DNA from: Naegleria gruberi
Taxonomy: Eukaryota
NCBI GenBank assembly: GCA_000004985.1
Contig: GG738848.1
Direction: 5' to 3' (one strand)
DNA: 64,000 nucleotides
Shown here: positions 1 through 12,401 of the stretch, piece by piece
How the letters are laid out: each line of letters begins with the position of its first letter
Numbering within the stretch: position 1 is the first letter of the stretch
Notes under the pieces: generated by a model
The model's database searches: none
What the model was told of the DNA's origin: nothing
Seen by the model: only the letters and a program-made list of their open reading frames with translations
Made by a program: the position numbers and the translations under genes

Positions 1-532
1 TCAATAAATCGAGTTGTTTTTCTAATTCTGAAAGTTCCTTCTTTGATTTTTCATCGGTAGAATTTTTCAATAAATTAGATTTTTCCTTAATTTCATTCAC
101 TTTCTCTGTTTGTTTCTTTTGGAATTGTTTTTTTCTTTCTTCCTTAACTCTATCAATCAATGGTTTGGGATACAATTCGAAAACACTCTTTATACCAACG
201 TGATACTCATTGGAACTATTTAATTCCTTCCATTTTGCATCAATTTTTAATTTCCTTCCTGTCTTTCCAATAACAATTCCATTTGCATCAGGGTTGACAA
301 TAGTTTTGGTATCTACATCACCGGATCCTGTACAATCAACAACATCAATGATTTTTCTTTTACCATCCGTTGTCAAGCCATTTAAACCTGGAGCTCCGAT
401 ATCAATTCCAGTGTCAAATATTGCAACTCTTACTCCTCTACCATCGTAGTTTGGATAAAGTTTTAAAAATTCAAGGCCTTGAACTTCACTCTTTGGATTA
501 AGACCTTCAACAGGGTATTCACTTTGTGGCAT
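1..532 (-). CDS. TPP2: Tripeptidyl-peptidase II (subtilisin S8 family), N-terminal part only. Start codon at 532; the gene continues past the left edge of the window.
   Basis: My own reverse-strand translation from the ATG at 530-532 gives MPQSEYPVEGLNPKSEVQGLEFLKLYPNYDGRGVRVAIFDTGIDIGAPGLNGLTTDGKRKIIDVVDCTGSGDVDT... This is the canonical TPP II N-terminus with the subtilase Asp box (DTGID). It is not in the ORF track because it runs off the window. Confidence 0.6.
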   Translation of the reverse strand, partial: MPQSEYPVEGLNPKSEVQGLEFLKLYPNYDGRGVRVAIFDTGIDIGAPGLNGLTTDGKRKIIDVVDCTGSGDVDTKTIVNPDANGIVIGKTGRKLKIDAKWKELNSSNEYHVGIKSVFELYPKPLIDRVKEERKKQFQKKQTEKVNEIKEKSNLLKNSTDEKSKKELSELEKQLDLL

Positions 533-708
533 TTTTTTATGTTGTAAAAAATCAGGAAATTGTTATTTTTAGTTGTTGTAATACAATGCAACAAGATAAC
601 ACAAGATCTAGATAACTGTAAATGCCACAATTTTTTAAGAACCTGACAATCATTACATTGCTTTTAAAATTGTTGATCAACAAGATTTGAAAACATGTAA
701 AAAGATTT

Positions 709-782
709 TACCGACAATGGGGCTCGAACCCACGACCCCAGGATTAGAAGTCCTGTGCTCTATCCAACTGAGCTATGACGGC
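709..782 (-). tRNA. tRNA-Arg, anticodon UCU
   Basis: The reverse complement GCCGTCATAGCTCAGTTGGATAGAGCACAGGACTTCTAATCCTGGGGTCGTGGGTTCGAGCCCCATTGTCGGTA folds as a cloverleaf. It has the D-stem GCTC/GAGC, the anticodon stem CAGGA/TCCTG with loop CTTCTAA (anticodon TCT), and the T-loop TTCGAGC. There is one T-T mismatch in the acceptor stem. Confidence 0.7.
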
Positions 783-956
783 TTTATATACACATCTCAA
801 AAATTCTAATCTTCTCATTACCCACTTCCAAATCAGGCTATTTATTTTTTTTCAATTTAAAATCAAAAAAGCATTGAAATTTCAATAAATTATTTGATAC
901 AAATTTATAGAGACATTTATAAAAACGAATATACTACTCGAGTTAGGTTGGCAATA

Positions 957-1193
957 TTAATCCGAACTTCCACCACCACACAAACCACCACCTCCTCCTG
1001 AACTTCCATGGAATCTATTCTTCACATTTGTTTCTGGTTTAATTAACATGTCAGGTTGAGTATCACAATATTCAATAAGTGATTTAGCTGCTTCGGAGAC
1101 TGGGATTGCTTTTTGGCATGCTTCTAATTCTTTTCGCAGTCTTTCGTTTTCTTGGACCAACTGCTGGAGTACAAAGTCATTCATACGAGACAT
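957..1193 (-). CDS. G-protein gamma-like small subunit. The likely start is the internal Met (MSRMNDF...).
   Basis: The 100-aa ORF has a coiled N-terminus (LVQENERLRKELEACQKAIPVSEAAKSLIEYC) followed by DMLIKPETNVKNRF. This matches the G-gamma pattern (VS.A...L..Y...DPL...NPF). The Gly-rich tail has no classical CAAX box, so the assignment is tentative. Confidence 0.35.
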   Translation of the reverse strand: MSRMNDFVLQQLVQENERLRKELEACQKAIPVSEAAKSLIEYCDTQPDMLIKPETNVKNRFHGSSGGGGGLCGGGSSD

Positions 1194-1570
1194 TTTTTCA
1201 AATTTGATGGATGACAGCAGAGCAACTGGCGATTGACATTTTAAAAAAATGAAGAACAAATGTGAGTAGTATTGGGTTGTTATCGGTGTATTTAATATGG
1301 TATTTTTCTTTCATTAGCTATTGAGAAATGGTCTACAAAGGTATTTAAAATTTTTGTAACAATTTGTAAAATGTTATTGAAATATTGAAATATTTATGAA
1401 AAATAGGATTGTGAAGAATGGGCTGGTGAGATTGGTCTTTCAAAAAATAATAAGAAATTAGCAAAGAAATACACTGGGTAAATATCACACTTTCCGATTA
1501 AATTAACAGTTTCCATTGTGTTTATTCGAAACAATCACTTTCGGAACTACTCGGAACAAATAGAACTGAC

Positions 1571-2250
1571 TTGGTTGCTCTCTTCAATCAATGCGCTGGA
1601 GATTTAGAAACAATGGATGAAGCTTTTAATCATGAATTTTTACCTCTTGGAGAATTAAAGACATTACTTTTTCAAGTTGAGAGAATTAGAGAAAATTTAT
1701 TGACATATAATGATGATTTTGTAAAATATGAGAAATTGAGACAAGAAAAGAAGAAAAAGACAAAGAAAAAGTCAGCTCTCTCAATGAATTCTACAGCATC
1801 ATTTGCTTCATCTAATTTTATTGATGATCCATTCATGTTTTCACGTGAAAATATTTTAATGAGAACACCAGAGGAAGGTAAGTTTGTTATGGAAATATGT
1901 ATATGGTTCTATGCTATGGACTATATGAATTGTTTCTAGTTGGTGACTTGATTGTTTTATTGTGGAAGTATGCTCTGAGGAAATATAGAACTCCAATCTC
2001 AGCTCAACAAATTGATTCTGTCACAAATGATTTGAAACAATGTATGGTAAAGATGGGAATTAATGGAGAAGTTTTCTTGGAAATGAAAGAGTAAGTTGAA
2101 ATTGGAGATTTAATTTCTAAATTAAATTTCAATGATGACAGAGTTTCTGATTGGAATTTCTTCTTTGCCAAAGAATTGGTTAAATATTTGGATATGACTG
2201 AATTATTCTCTGTAATTGTTTATGATTTCATGCCAACAAAGAAGGAATAA
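1571..2250 (+). CDS. Hypothetical protein, three exons (1571..~1881, ~1941..~2091, ~2145..2250)
   Basis: ORF 1571..1939 ends at a GTAAGT donor, which follows the Lys-rich stretch (EKKKKTKKK). ORF 1897..2094 continues in frame after the acceptor TTTCTAG. A second intron (GTAAGTTG...GATGACAG) joins a short terminal exon that ends at TAA 2248-2250. No family was recognised. Confidence 0.4.
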
Positions 2251-2587
2251 AACAATTGTAAAAGAATATATTTAAATTTTAAATTTAGTTAGTTTTGTAA
2301 ATAAATAGAGTTGAGTATTGTTTTTTTAAATATTTATTGAGGTGACTGAGGAGTATACACCATTTGTACAAGAGTTTTTAAAACTCTAAGTGTCAATCAA
2401 AGTGTGCCGATTCATCTTGAAGTTCTAGTTCCAGATCAAGCACGCCACAAAATCGACACATATCATTCCAAAATGAATTGAGAAAATAGAATGATAAAAT
2501 GTGTGAAAAAAAGATGACTGCGACAAACTTTGACCGAACGGAATAAGCAGTAACTCTCCTCTAACCACTGCTAAATTCCGCCAGGTC

Positions 2588-3904
2588 TTAAATGAAGTCA
2601 TCTTCGTTGAATTGGTCTTCAGCCAAGTGCTCATCATTTTCATAATAAGCAACTTCATCCATATTCATTGGATAGGTCAAGATACCACCCATACCACCGA
2701 AACCTCTACAGAATTGAGAACCTTCAGGAGTACTGTTAGTAATAATTTCCAAAGTACAACCCTTAGCCTTATAGTTTTCAACCAACCATTCAAGGAGAGT
2801 AATTTGTTCAAATTCCAAAGGAAGACCATTTTCATCACAAGTATGTTTACCAGTCTTGAGATCTTCTGGCATCAAGTATTTGACAACAAATTCTCCATTA
2901 GTTTGCTTGACGCTAACTCTGAGATGTGGAAGATTTTCCCAAACAATCAAAGTCTTAATAGCACCCATATCCATAGCTGAAATAGTTTCTCTGACACCAA
3001 ATACGAACTTGTTAGTATCCTTAGAAATTTCAGTGAAGAATTCATCAATAATTTTCTTTTCACGAATAAAGTTGACTTCCTTCAAACAATCTTGAGACAA
3101 TTCAATAGCTTGTTGGAAACCAATTTCACCACCATAAGCAATATCGACAACCTTCAAAATAATAGCTTGAAGACGTTGATCGAGCAAATCAGTCTTTGTC
3201 AAATCACTCTTAAAGTCAGCAGAACCAGCAAGAATAAGACCGGAAACGTTTGGTCTATCGTTGGTAATAAAGTGTTGAACAGACAATTCAGCACATCTTC
3301 TGACATAGTTGTGTCTCTTTTCCAAACGCAATCTAGCAAAACGCAAAGCAGATTGACCACCACGACCGTGCTTCTTTGGCAAATCGACAGTAATCTTTTG
3401 AAGAACAACACTAGTGTTTCCTGATAAAGTACCATATAAACAACCGTTACCATCCATAATAATAAAACCAAACTTTTCGTCACTTTCAAGTAATTCTTGC
3501 AATGGTTCAACATGGAATTTGTTATCACACAAATACAATGAAGTATTAATTGGCTTGAATGGTTCCATATCATAAGTAACTCTCTTTTCCTTACCGTCTT
3601 CAGTAAGAACAGTACCGGAATAAACAACCAAACCATTTTCAGGAACTCTGGTAATTAATTTCAAACGTTGAATTGTAGAAGTAATAGCATCTTGAACAGA
3701 AATTCTGTTGACTCTACTTTTAATGTTTGAAGCGGTACCATATTCTTCTTGCAACATTTTAGTTACTCTGGCAATTTGATCCTTTGGAGGAATAATCAAA
3801 GAAATCATGGAGGTACCGTTACCTCTGGCTTCAGACAAGTTTTTAATCAACTTCTTTATTCTCCATTGTTCAATGGTTCTATCTTCGTGTGCCGATTCAC
3901 TCAT
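2588..3904 (-). CDS. ETF1: Eukaryotic peptide chain release factor 1 (eRF1)
   Basis: The translation aligns almost residue-for-residue with eRF1: [11 protein letters not shown], the GGQ motif ([17 protein letters not shown]), the TASNIKS and YxCDNKF motifs, and the acidic tail DDFI. The real start is the Met of MSESAHED (ATG at 3902-3904). The ORF track extends 11 codons further upstream. Confidence 0.95.
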   Translation of the reverse strand: MSESAHEDRTIEQWRIKKLIKNLSEARGNGTSMISLIIPPKDQIARVTKMLQEEYGTASNIKSRVNRISVQDAITSTIQRLKLITRVPENGLVVYSGTVLTEDGKEKRVTYDMEPFKPINTSLYLCDNKFHVEPLQELLESDEKFGFIIMDGNGCLYGTLSGNTSVVLQKITVDLPKKHGRGGQSALRFARLRLEKRHNYVRRCAELSVQHFITNDRPNVSGLILAGSADFKSDLTKTDLLDQRLQAIILKVVDIAYGGEIGFQQAIELSQDCLKEVNFIREKKIIDEFFTEISKDTNKFVFGVRETISAMDMGAIKTLIVWENLPHLRVSVKQTNGEFVVKYLMPEDLKTGKHTCDENGLPLEFEQITLLEWLVENYKAKGCTLEIITNSTPEGSQFCRGFGGMGGILTYPMNMDEVAYYENDEHLAEDQFNEDDFI

Positions 3905-4371
3905 AATGACGCGATGATGAAAGAATATTTTTTTCAATTCAAAAATTCAGGTGATGACCCAATTGTTGTAAAGGAGATTTTGTCGTCTTCAAGCTTGTTG
4001 GAGATCATCATGCAATCTATTCTTATTTCATATCTAGAATGAATTTGTTATTCTTGAAATTCAATGTCATGCTTTACCTTCAAAATATAAAAATAAATTA
4101 ATTAATATTAAAAATTAATTAAATATTAAAACAGAAACCTGAATTGGATTTGTTTTTTTAAGGGTTTTTAAAGCTTTTTTTTTTGACAACATTATTTAGC
4201 TGGGAGGTTCCTTATTATATCAAGGATACTGCTCGATTATAAGAACTCTTTTTCGATATTTCAATTAACAGCTTATGGCTCGAACAAAATATGAATTAAT
4301 AAGGAGAAGAGTAAATTGTGAACTTGAGTCTTCACAAAATAATAAATAAATTATAAAAGTTTTTTAATAAT

Positions 4372-6231
4372 TTATTCTCTCAAAATATCGACTGTGGCAT
4401 AAATTTCGTCGGTAATTCTATCATAATTGTCTTGAAGTTTCTTCCATTCTTCACCTTCCTTCTTCTTCAATTGAGAAAGTGTCTTAATAATGTCGAACTT
4501 TTCAGCTTCTCTCTTTTCAATCTTATTAATGTGGACAATTGACTTGGCATTCAAGTTTGTTAATTCAGTAACAATATCCTTCTTGATCATTTCGCTCAAT
4601 TCTTGTCTCTTCTTATCAATAGATTCGATAGTTGATTGATTATTGGAGGCAACAGCTTGTTCGACTTCTTGATACCAGTTATCTCTTTCAATGAATTTTT
4701 CAACATAGAGTTCAGTCAATTCATGTGCAGTAGTTTCACGTTCATTTTCAAGTTCCTCATCAGACTTGGAAATTGAAAGATCCATTCTGACATAAACCAT
4801 GACGAACAAGCAGAAACCAAAAAGAGCAGAAATGACCAACAATGGTTCAAAGTAAACAGCAGAAGCTGGAAAAGTGTAGGAAAGGAGGAAGTTTTCATTG
4901 TGTTCTGGGACAACATTCTTCTTATTAATAACAGAAACAGTTCTACCAGAAACATCGAGATAGGTCTTCAAATTTTCCTTTGATTCAGAGTCAATTGGGA
5001 ATGAAGTTTTGAATTCAACATCATCAGCACCTTCTGGAACAACAACTCTAAGAGTGAGATCCTCAACTGGAGCATCGAATGGAACTGAGAATTTGTATCT
5101 CAATTTGTGCTTTTCTGGATTATTCATGGCAACAGTAAGGTAATCATTGATTGGTAAATTGTATCCAATATAGAAACGAATCTTCCAACCTCCAAAAAGT
5201 GGGAATCTTGGATGGAAATCAACTTCAAGATTCTTTCCAGAAACACGAATATCCGAAGATGAAATGTTACCAATTCTATCTCTAAAGTAAATATCATTAG
5301 CCAAGAGTGGCAAAGTAGCAGTAATCTTTCTGAAAGAAGCTGGTGAAGTTTGTCCAGGATTCTTAGAGTATTCAAATCTAGAGAATGGACCAACTAACTT
5401 GGCACCAGTGTGCTTAATTTCGTAGTGTTCTTCGACAGCCAAATTACCCCAGTGAGAAATTTCAACAGTTCTTTCAACTGAGGAAACAACAAAACATGGT
5501 CTATCGTTAACATAGTGCAATCTAACACCAGCAGTAGTGAATGGAACAACATCACGGAAAGGACCATATTGAATACCATTTCCTTTGTTTTCAACAGGCT
5601 TAACAGTGTTAGTGTATGATTCAACAGCTGATGTTCCGAGTTTGACAAGGGTAATTTGTGATTTAACCTTGTATGGTGTGAAGAAGTAGGCATTATCCTC
5701 ATAAACAACCTTTTGGTGTTCATCTTGTTTGATTTCCTTTGGGAATGGAGAAATAACATTGGTGAGGGCAATATTGACAACCAAATCAACCTTTTGCTTT
5801 GGAGACAATGGTGAAGCGAGTTCAATTTCATAGAACAAAGCATCCCTATAATTATGATCAAAATATTAATCATGATGACATTATTAAAAATCCCAAGCTA
5901 ATAAAACTAATACTTACTTGTTCAATTCATCATTGAATTTATGCTTTGGAACATTCAATGTTGTAGATTGTTGGCGAGCAGAAACATAGGCAACATTATT
6001 TAAAGCGAGTTCCTTTGGGAAAGCCAAATAGAAGAATTTAGCATCGGATGATCCAACATTTTGAATAGTTAATTTCACTTCATGTCTAACAACAACATTT
6101 TGTGTGGTATCAATACTTCTATCTATCGACAAGATTTCAATATCCGAATAAACGTTGGATTTAGCTTGAGTAAAAACAGCCAAAAGGCAAACAATTAAAA
6201 ACACAGATAGCGTGGTTTTAGTGATCATCAT
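4372..6231 (-). CDS. RPN1: Ribophorin I / OST1 subunit of oligosaccharyltransferase, two exons (6231..~5921 and ~5843..4372)
   Basis: Exon 1 (ORF 5914..6231) encodes a signal peptide (MMITKTTLSVFLIVCLLAVFTQA) and the ribophorin I N-terminus. The GTAAGT...TTATAG intron at about 5844..5920 joins in frame (..NDELNK|DALFYEIELAS..) to ORF 4372..5838. That ORF has the ribophorin I body, a C-terminal TM segment (LLVISALFGFCLFVMVYV) and a charged cytosolic tail. Confidence 0.85.
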
Positions 6232-6607
6232 TTTTACAAGCCAAAATGTGATGATGCGTTATTGCTTGTGTTTTTTATTTTTTAAAAATTAACTTTGAGA
6301 AAATTGCTTTCTTGTATGTGACGAACAATACGACACAATACAATCTTAACACATTTTCGAGTGGTGTTGTGAATAAAATGTTGGCCATTGCTCTATGAAC
6401 TTTATTTAATGAATCCTTGTAATAAGATAAATCCTATTTTCTATATTACTCTCCCATTAAAATGATAATATCAAGATACATGTAAGGAAGTTTTTGAAGC
6501 AATGCATTTACATTCAACACACAGCAGTAGCTATTCTATTGAGCGGATAGAAAAGGTCTTGATAAGGTTGTGGTATTCTCAAATCAATAATATTTGAATA
6601 TTCAAAA

Positions 6608-7234
6608 TTGAAAAAAATGATTTCTTCCACTCAACAACCAACTTCATCCATGACTGTACTCTCATCCTCCGAAGATAGGGAGGGTAATGGTGCATCTTCT
6701 ACAAATGTTGACTCTCTGATAACATCAGTTGAATCTATTGAAGACATTTCAACAAGTCGTAGTATGAACACTTCACAAATACCAAATTTACTTCAACAAT
6801 CAACAGCAACAACCAATAATTCCGATCATCATGCAACAACAGAGGAAACAGAAGAAGGAGATGAACCACCTTTTGAAATATCAGTTATTGGAAATACAGG
6901 AGTAATTGCTATAGCTTTGAAGGATAAACAGGATTATATTCACTCTGACATTATTCCAGCAATTACGAAAAAATTGGATAAATTATTTAGATTGGCCAAA
7001 GCAAAGCCAAAAATTCATAAATATTCGAGATTGAGCGAAATATGGGAAGAATTCAAAGAATGGTTTGGAACTAATGCTTGGGAAGTTTTCTTGTTCAGAT
7101 TGTTCGATTGTTTGATAGTCATGTCTGTACTATTCTGCATGAGAAAGATTTTACCTACAAGTATTTCAAGACTTTTGGAATGGTTTATTGATCCAGTCGA
7201 TGAGGGTTTCCCTTACAGTCAACAAGAACAATAA
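6608..7234 (+). CDS. Hypothetical Ser/Thr-rich protein with a C-terminal transmembrane segment
   Basis: The 208-aa ORF has low-complexity S/T/N and acidic stretches, then a hydrophobic segment (VFLFRLFDCLIVMSVLFCM). There are no recognisable motifs. Confidence 0.4.
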   Translation: MKKMISSTQQPTSSMTVLSSSEDREGNGASSTNVDSLITSVESIEDISTSRSMNTSQIPNLLQQSTATTNNSDHHATTEETEEGDEPPFEISVIGNTGVIAIALKDKQDYIHSDIIPAITKKLDKLFRLAKAKPKIHKYSRLSEIWEEFKEWFGTNAWEVFLFRLFDCLIVMSVLFCMRKILPTSISRLLEWFIDPVDEGFPYSQQEQ

Positions 7235-7268
7235 ATTAACTATACAGTGTTAATATTTCAGTTTTTGT

Positions 7269-9309
7269 TTACATTGAATACTGGAAATAGGTAGCTCCAT
7301 GTTTGTGGTAAAGTTCTCGTTTGTATGGATCTCCCAAAATGGAGAAGGCATAGTTGATTTGTTTGAATCTTTCAATAATTTCTTCTGTGGTCCATTCCTC
7401 ATCGTTTGTTTTGGTTTGTGTTGTAGATGATTCTTCTTGTTCTGGTTCGCCTGAGATTTCAGATGATGAGAGAACAGATTTTCTTTTACTGGAATTGAAC
7501 AAATCAGGATGGTAAATCATAGCAAGCTGAGACAGTTAGGTTGAGTGAATTTAAAATACTTGCCTTCTTATATTGAGATCGAATTTCTTCTTGAGTATAC
7601 AAGCTAAACTTTTGGGCATCAAGTTCTAAAAGAGAGTATAAATCACAACCCTTACTGATTTCAATGGCAAGGGCAGTATTACCATCTGATGGGTTAGCAC
7701 AATACTTCCAGGCATTCGAGTAAATTTTTTGTAATGGCTTGTTGGAAATATACTTGTTGTGAACGTGGACAGCAAACTTCTTATGGTGCTCCTTATGTAA
7801 TAAAGGTTTGTAGTATGTCTCTGTGCTAGCTCCAAATGCAGCAAATAAAGAAAAGAAAAATCCATAAATTAATGAGCTATAGATGTCAATAAATGGGAAT
7901 AATGAGGAAATAATACCCCAACCAGAGTAAACTCCTGTAAAGTATGATAAAAATAATTTAGGGAAACTGTATGGTACATATCCTGTCACATAGCTTGTAT
8001 CAATGCCGTTTGTAAATGAGTGGAACGTATGTTCACCATGAGACAAGTTTCTAACCTTATGTCTAATATGGAATGGACTGAAAAGTTTAAGGGTATGTGG
8101 AAAATTGAGAACATCCTGTTTGACATAGACAGGAATATAAATCATTTCCTTTTTGTGTAATTTGAAATCAGTTTTTTCAATATTAAAATTAGAAAGTTGA
8201 ATAGTTGGAGAATCGAATAAAGTTCGTTCTTCTGTGGAGGTTATAGTTTTGGAGATAATTTGTTTCATGCTTTCTTGGAGTTTGTGAGGTACTGTATTAT
8301 CCAAAGCCAATGACCAAGATGTTTCCCAATCGACAGTATAATAATCGACAGAATAATCTCTTTTAAATGATGATCTCTTGAACCATGATTTGATATCATC
8401 CCACAAATTTTGATACCATTTCAATTTGTAATTAATTTTTGAAATATAGGTAGGGTCTGTGAGGTATTTCTTATCTATTTTATATGCAATTCTATTGATA
8501 TACCTTCTCTCAAAAGAAGTTGATGCATATATTGTGGCATAATCATCAACCATCGTTTCAGTACCCAATAATTTAGTTGGCTCGACATGTTCGTCCAATT
8601 TGATATGATCTATAATACAGCTAATAGTTATTTCTGAGCTTGTAAGAGTTTCAATTTTGAAGGTATGGTCTTGAATTTGAAATTGATTTTTCAGAATTGT
8701 TTTCATAATATCAGCAAGTTCTTTCAATCTGCTTTCATCTTCCAATTTTAACTCTTTCAAAATTTTCTTTTGATTCTTTTGCTTTTGATGTACATCTCTT
8801 TGTGAAAAATCCTCAGGATTAGCGGTCAATATGAGAGGATCCTTTTCAGGAATAACTTCCTCAATTTCTCCGAACAAATTGGTCAATAATTCTCTTTGTT
8901 TCCTTGGATCGATAGTAATCCTTGTTTTTACTTTATATCCACAAGCATCACCATATTGAAAAACCCACAATGGAACATAAACTTGTTCAGGATACACATC
9001 TGGTTTGTACCAACTTCTTGGTCCATAGAATCTATTTTTCTGATGAGCATACTCCACAAAAGCATCACTAGCATCCTCAGGTGATGCTCTAAATTCACTA
9101 GCTACTTTCAACTTGATTTCTCCAAGATCTTGCTGCTCATCTCGGGTGATCGTCTTTGTTCGGAATGAAAAATTCCTTGTTGCACTATTTTCCACAATTT
9201 TATAATTCTTCTTATTTGATGATAGGCTTGATGATAACAGCAGTAGTGATGTTATCTTTTTCCTAGTACTATTACCAGCAGGGACAACAAGCCTTTTAAG
9301 TGATGGCAT
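7269..9309 (-). CDS. Large membrane-associated protein with a C-terminal DnaJ (J) domain. Two exons, joined by a GC-AG intron at 7527..7563.
   Basis: ORF 7504..9309 ends ..DLYSLLELDAQKFSLYTQEEIRSQYKK, which is the start of a J-domain. A 37-nt intron follows on the minus strand (GCAAGTATT...GTCTCAG). It joins in frame to ORF 7269..7520 (LAMIYHPDLF...FKQINYAFSILGDPYKRELY). The result is a complete J-domain with the HPD motif. Hydrophobic segments (GWGIISSLFPFIDIYSSLIYGFFFSLFAAFGA) lie upstream of the J-domain. Confidence 0.65.
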
Positions 9310-9401
9310 TTTTTAATGATGATTTAAAATTGATTGAGTTGAAATATGTTTTACAATGTGTTATTTAAATATTTCGGTATTATTGGATCGGACATTGGTA
9401 T

Positions 9402-12022
9402 TTATTGATCTTCTAAGGAGATATCACACTTTGATTGGCACAATTCAATCATGTTTGCTGCCAATTTATCATTACGTCCATTAAGCAATTGGTGATCGAA
9501 ATATTGCTGGAAGAGCAGTAGTGCATTCGAATAGTCAGATTCAAAGTACATGAGACATGCATTATTGTAGGTTTTCCACTTTTGTTTCTTTTCTTGTTCT
9601 TCCAATTCGTACATCCATTCTAAAAGAGAGATAATCAATTTTCAAATAATTCAATTGAACTACTTACCATCTGCATTTCCTTGAGTGGAATCTCCAATTT
9701 CAAAGATCTTTTCCATTTTGGAATGGTCCTCTATTCCATTAATGTGAAGGCTTTCTGAATATTCCACAACTGATGAGTAATTTTGATCTTCAATCATTTT
9801 CACATATCCAACAAATCTTGTGTGATATTGAGATTCAATTGCTTTTTGAATGGAATGGGAAGAAACTAATTTCAAATCGAATTCTCTTGCCCTTCTCAAC
9901 ATGGTTTCCAAATTACTTTTGGCATTTGAAATAAGCGTGTAATTCTTACTATCATTTGTTCCAACATTACCACAAACACATTCTTGAAGACAGATGGCAG
10001 CTCTAATTTCCAAATCATCAATCAAATGCTTGTCAATTTTCTTTGCAAATCTGTTATTAGAAGAAAGCCATTTCTTCTCCTTAATTGACGAAAGTTTTTC
10101 CAGAATCATTCTTGTTGCTACCACTGCCTTTTCCTGATGTTTACTCTGGGCAGAAGTTGTATTGAATGAAATTGTAATGGAATCATTCTCAAATGAACCA
10201 AGTAATCCTCCATGTGTTCTGCATATAGTTGTGATTTGATCGAAGAAATCAGTCAACATATGAATTGTATCATGTGGAGAATGAATTGAGTTCAATACTT
10301 TTGAAAAATTATCTATCATGATGTTACTAATGGAAACTTTCTTCTTTTCTAAGAATAGAGAGAACATATCAGCCTTGATACTTGAATATTTGGAACCTTT
10401 TGAAGAATTCTCTGTATGATTAGTTCTAAATGATTCCTTCACTTGAGAATTGCTTTTGAATGAGCTCGAAATTGATTGTAACTCATTTGGCTTAGTTCCA
10501 TTCTCTTCAGAGGAGCCCATACCCTTCTGATCCAATTGAGCAAGCAAATGAGGTGGAAGGAAAGCTCTATACATTTTGATAGTGTTGGTCATTTCTAAAA
10601 AGTGTTTTTGTAAAGTTCTAACTTCTGAAAAAGTACTTGGTTGAACATTGACATTTTCCAAGTCCATGTGAGAAACTGCTTCGAATTGTTCGATGAGATT
10701 GTTGAATGGTTTTACAATTTTTATGGAAACGAGAACAGAGAGTGAGATAGAGACTGAAACAATAATTAAGGCGCCCAAAAGTGACGAAACAATTCCAATA
10801 ATTACTGATCCCATATAGTTCCACTTTGGAATACTCAGAACAAACATCCAATCAATGTTGGTATTTAGACACAATCTATATATCGAAACATAATCAGTCA
10901 TGTGGTCAAATGTTTTAGGAGTGTTGCAGGCAATGTTCGATTTAATATCTCCTTTAGCAAAATCAACAATTACATTGTAGATACTATTGATTCTTGTGTC
11001 CTCAATATTGGAAGCCGTCTTTCTGGCAACGTTTCCATTATCATCTAGAACGGCAGTTTTGGTATCCCTGTTATCAACTTTATCAATGGTCAACTTGGTG
11101 TTCAATAAAAAAAATACTTACTAGCAACTAGATAATTTTGGGCAACTTCAAATATAAAACTCTTGGACCCATCGATGATTTTCGTCTTATTAATCAAGAA
11201 ATCAGATGCACTAGCCACTGTAATATCAAATCCTTGAAAATAATCAAATTTAATGGTATCCTGAGCTGATCTAGCAGTGAAAGAGAAACAATAAACTAAT
11301 GAATAGAAGGTATCCAAATTTTCAGTGGTAACATCCACAAATCCTCTTGTAAAGGTCAGTTTTTCAGGATGTTCATTACAAGTCTCTATAATATAGTCAA
11401 CATCTAATGGGTCTTGAATTATATCTGGAACATTTCCTCTCTGACATGTTTCATACTTTTCTAAATCTGGATCACATTTGTAAAATATCTGATGGTCTTG
11501 TGTACAATTGAGAATTGAAACATCTGTTCCTGAATTGTAAATTCCAAGATTAGTTCCAGAATTCTTTCCAACATAAATTGTTACAACAAGGTCAGAGTTT
11601 GCTCTCTGTTCTGATAAATAGGTCTGATAGACAATCTTTTCTATCTGATCATAGTTTTCAAAATCCAACAGGAATCTAATTTGAGCTCGCATGGTGTCAG
11701 CCCCATGAGTAACATCAAGCAAAATCTTCTTGACCGAATTGACTATTTCATTAAACTCTGAATCTCTTTCAGTTAAACTCAAATTGAAATTAGAAGGAAG
11801 TAAAGAGCTCATCCAAATAGCCGATAGAAAAAGAACACTAATCAATACTATTACTGAAATTAGAATAATAATACAGAACTTGATTGAAGCGAATGGTTTT
11901 CTTGATTCATCGAAATTTGTTTTTTCTAAAACTTTTTCAGAGTGAGAAGCTGAAGAAAAAACAGCACTTTCTTCATCAACATCATTGGGATGAATTGCAT
12001 TTGAGGACTTGTTGACCACCAT
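9402..12022 (-). CDS. Receptor-type class III adenylate/guanylate cyclase. Three exons (12022..11122, 11077..9668, 9619..9402).
   Basis: ORF 11102..12022 has an N-terminal TM (CIIILISVIVLISVLFLSAIW) and then an extracellular domain. A 44-nt intron (GTAAGT...ATAAAG, 11078..11121) restores the frame into ORF 9660..11105. That ORF has a second TM (VIIGIVSSLLGALIIVSVSISLSVLV) and a nucleotidyl-cyclase catalytic-like region (..AAICLQECVCGNVGTNDSKNYTLISNAKSNLETMLRRA..). A 48-nt intron (GTAAGT...TTTTAG, 9620..9667) joins the ORF 9402..9638 exon, which encodes a TPR-like tail. Confidence 0.65.
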
Positions 12023-12401
12023 TGTATTTTCTTTTGAGGTTTTTTATTAATTGATGTTTTTTGACCTCTGTTGTGATAAGTGACATTGAAGTTAATTAGT
12101 AGGGATAGAGCGGCAGTGACAGAAAGAGATATATTCCTTTTGAGGTAAATTAAGAATCGTCTAAGGACTTTTCTCAATATTTGCACTCAATTTTCATCAT
12201 CTCTTTCAATAGACATTAATTTTGGGCCCGTAGTTGACTTTTATTTATCTAATCCCCGTGAAATCTCTTGAATCTTTTTGCTTCATTCTCCTATTACTAC
12301 AATAAATATGCATTGCCAATAAATTAAAAATGGAAAGTTTATTTACAAATCGAATATTTACAATTTTGGCTCCATTTAAATATAAGTGAATGCACTTGCA
12401 A

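Noticed and set aside
2612-3636. Several ORFs of 100-145 aa on both strands overlapping the eRF1 gene (2612..2980, 2856..3095, 3092..3424, 3199..3636)
   Set aside because: They are alternative-frame and antisense artefacts inside a very strongly supported eRF1 reading frame. Their translations are low-complexity with no motifs.
9660-12022. Two separate genes (11102..12022 and 9660..11105) with overlapping ends, or a frameshift pseudogene
   Set aside because: The 4-nt overlap in different frames is resolved exactly by a 44-nt GTAAGT...AAG intron. The two parts form one coherent receptor-cyclase (TM, ectodomain, TM, cyclase). The apparent Met at 11105 is a TTG in the sequence.
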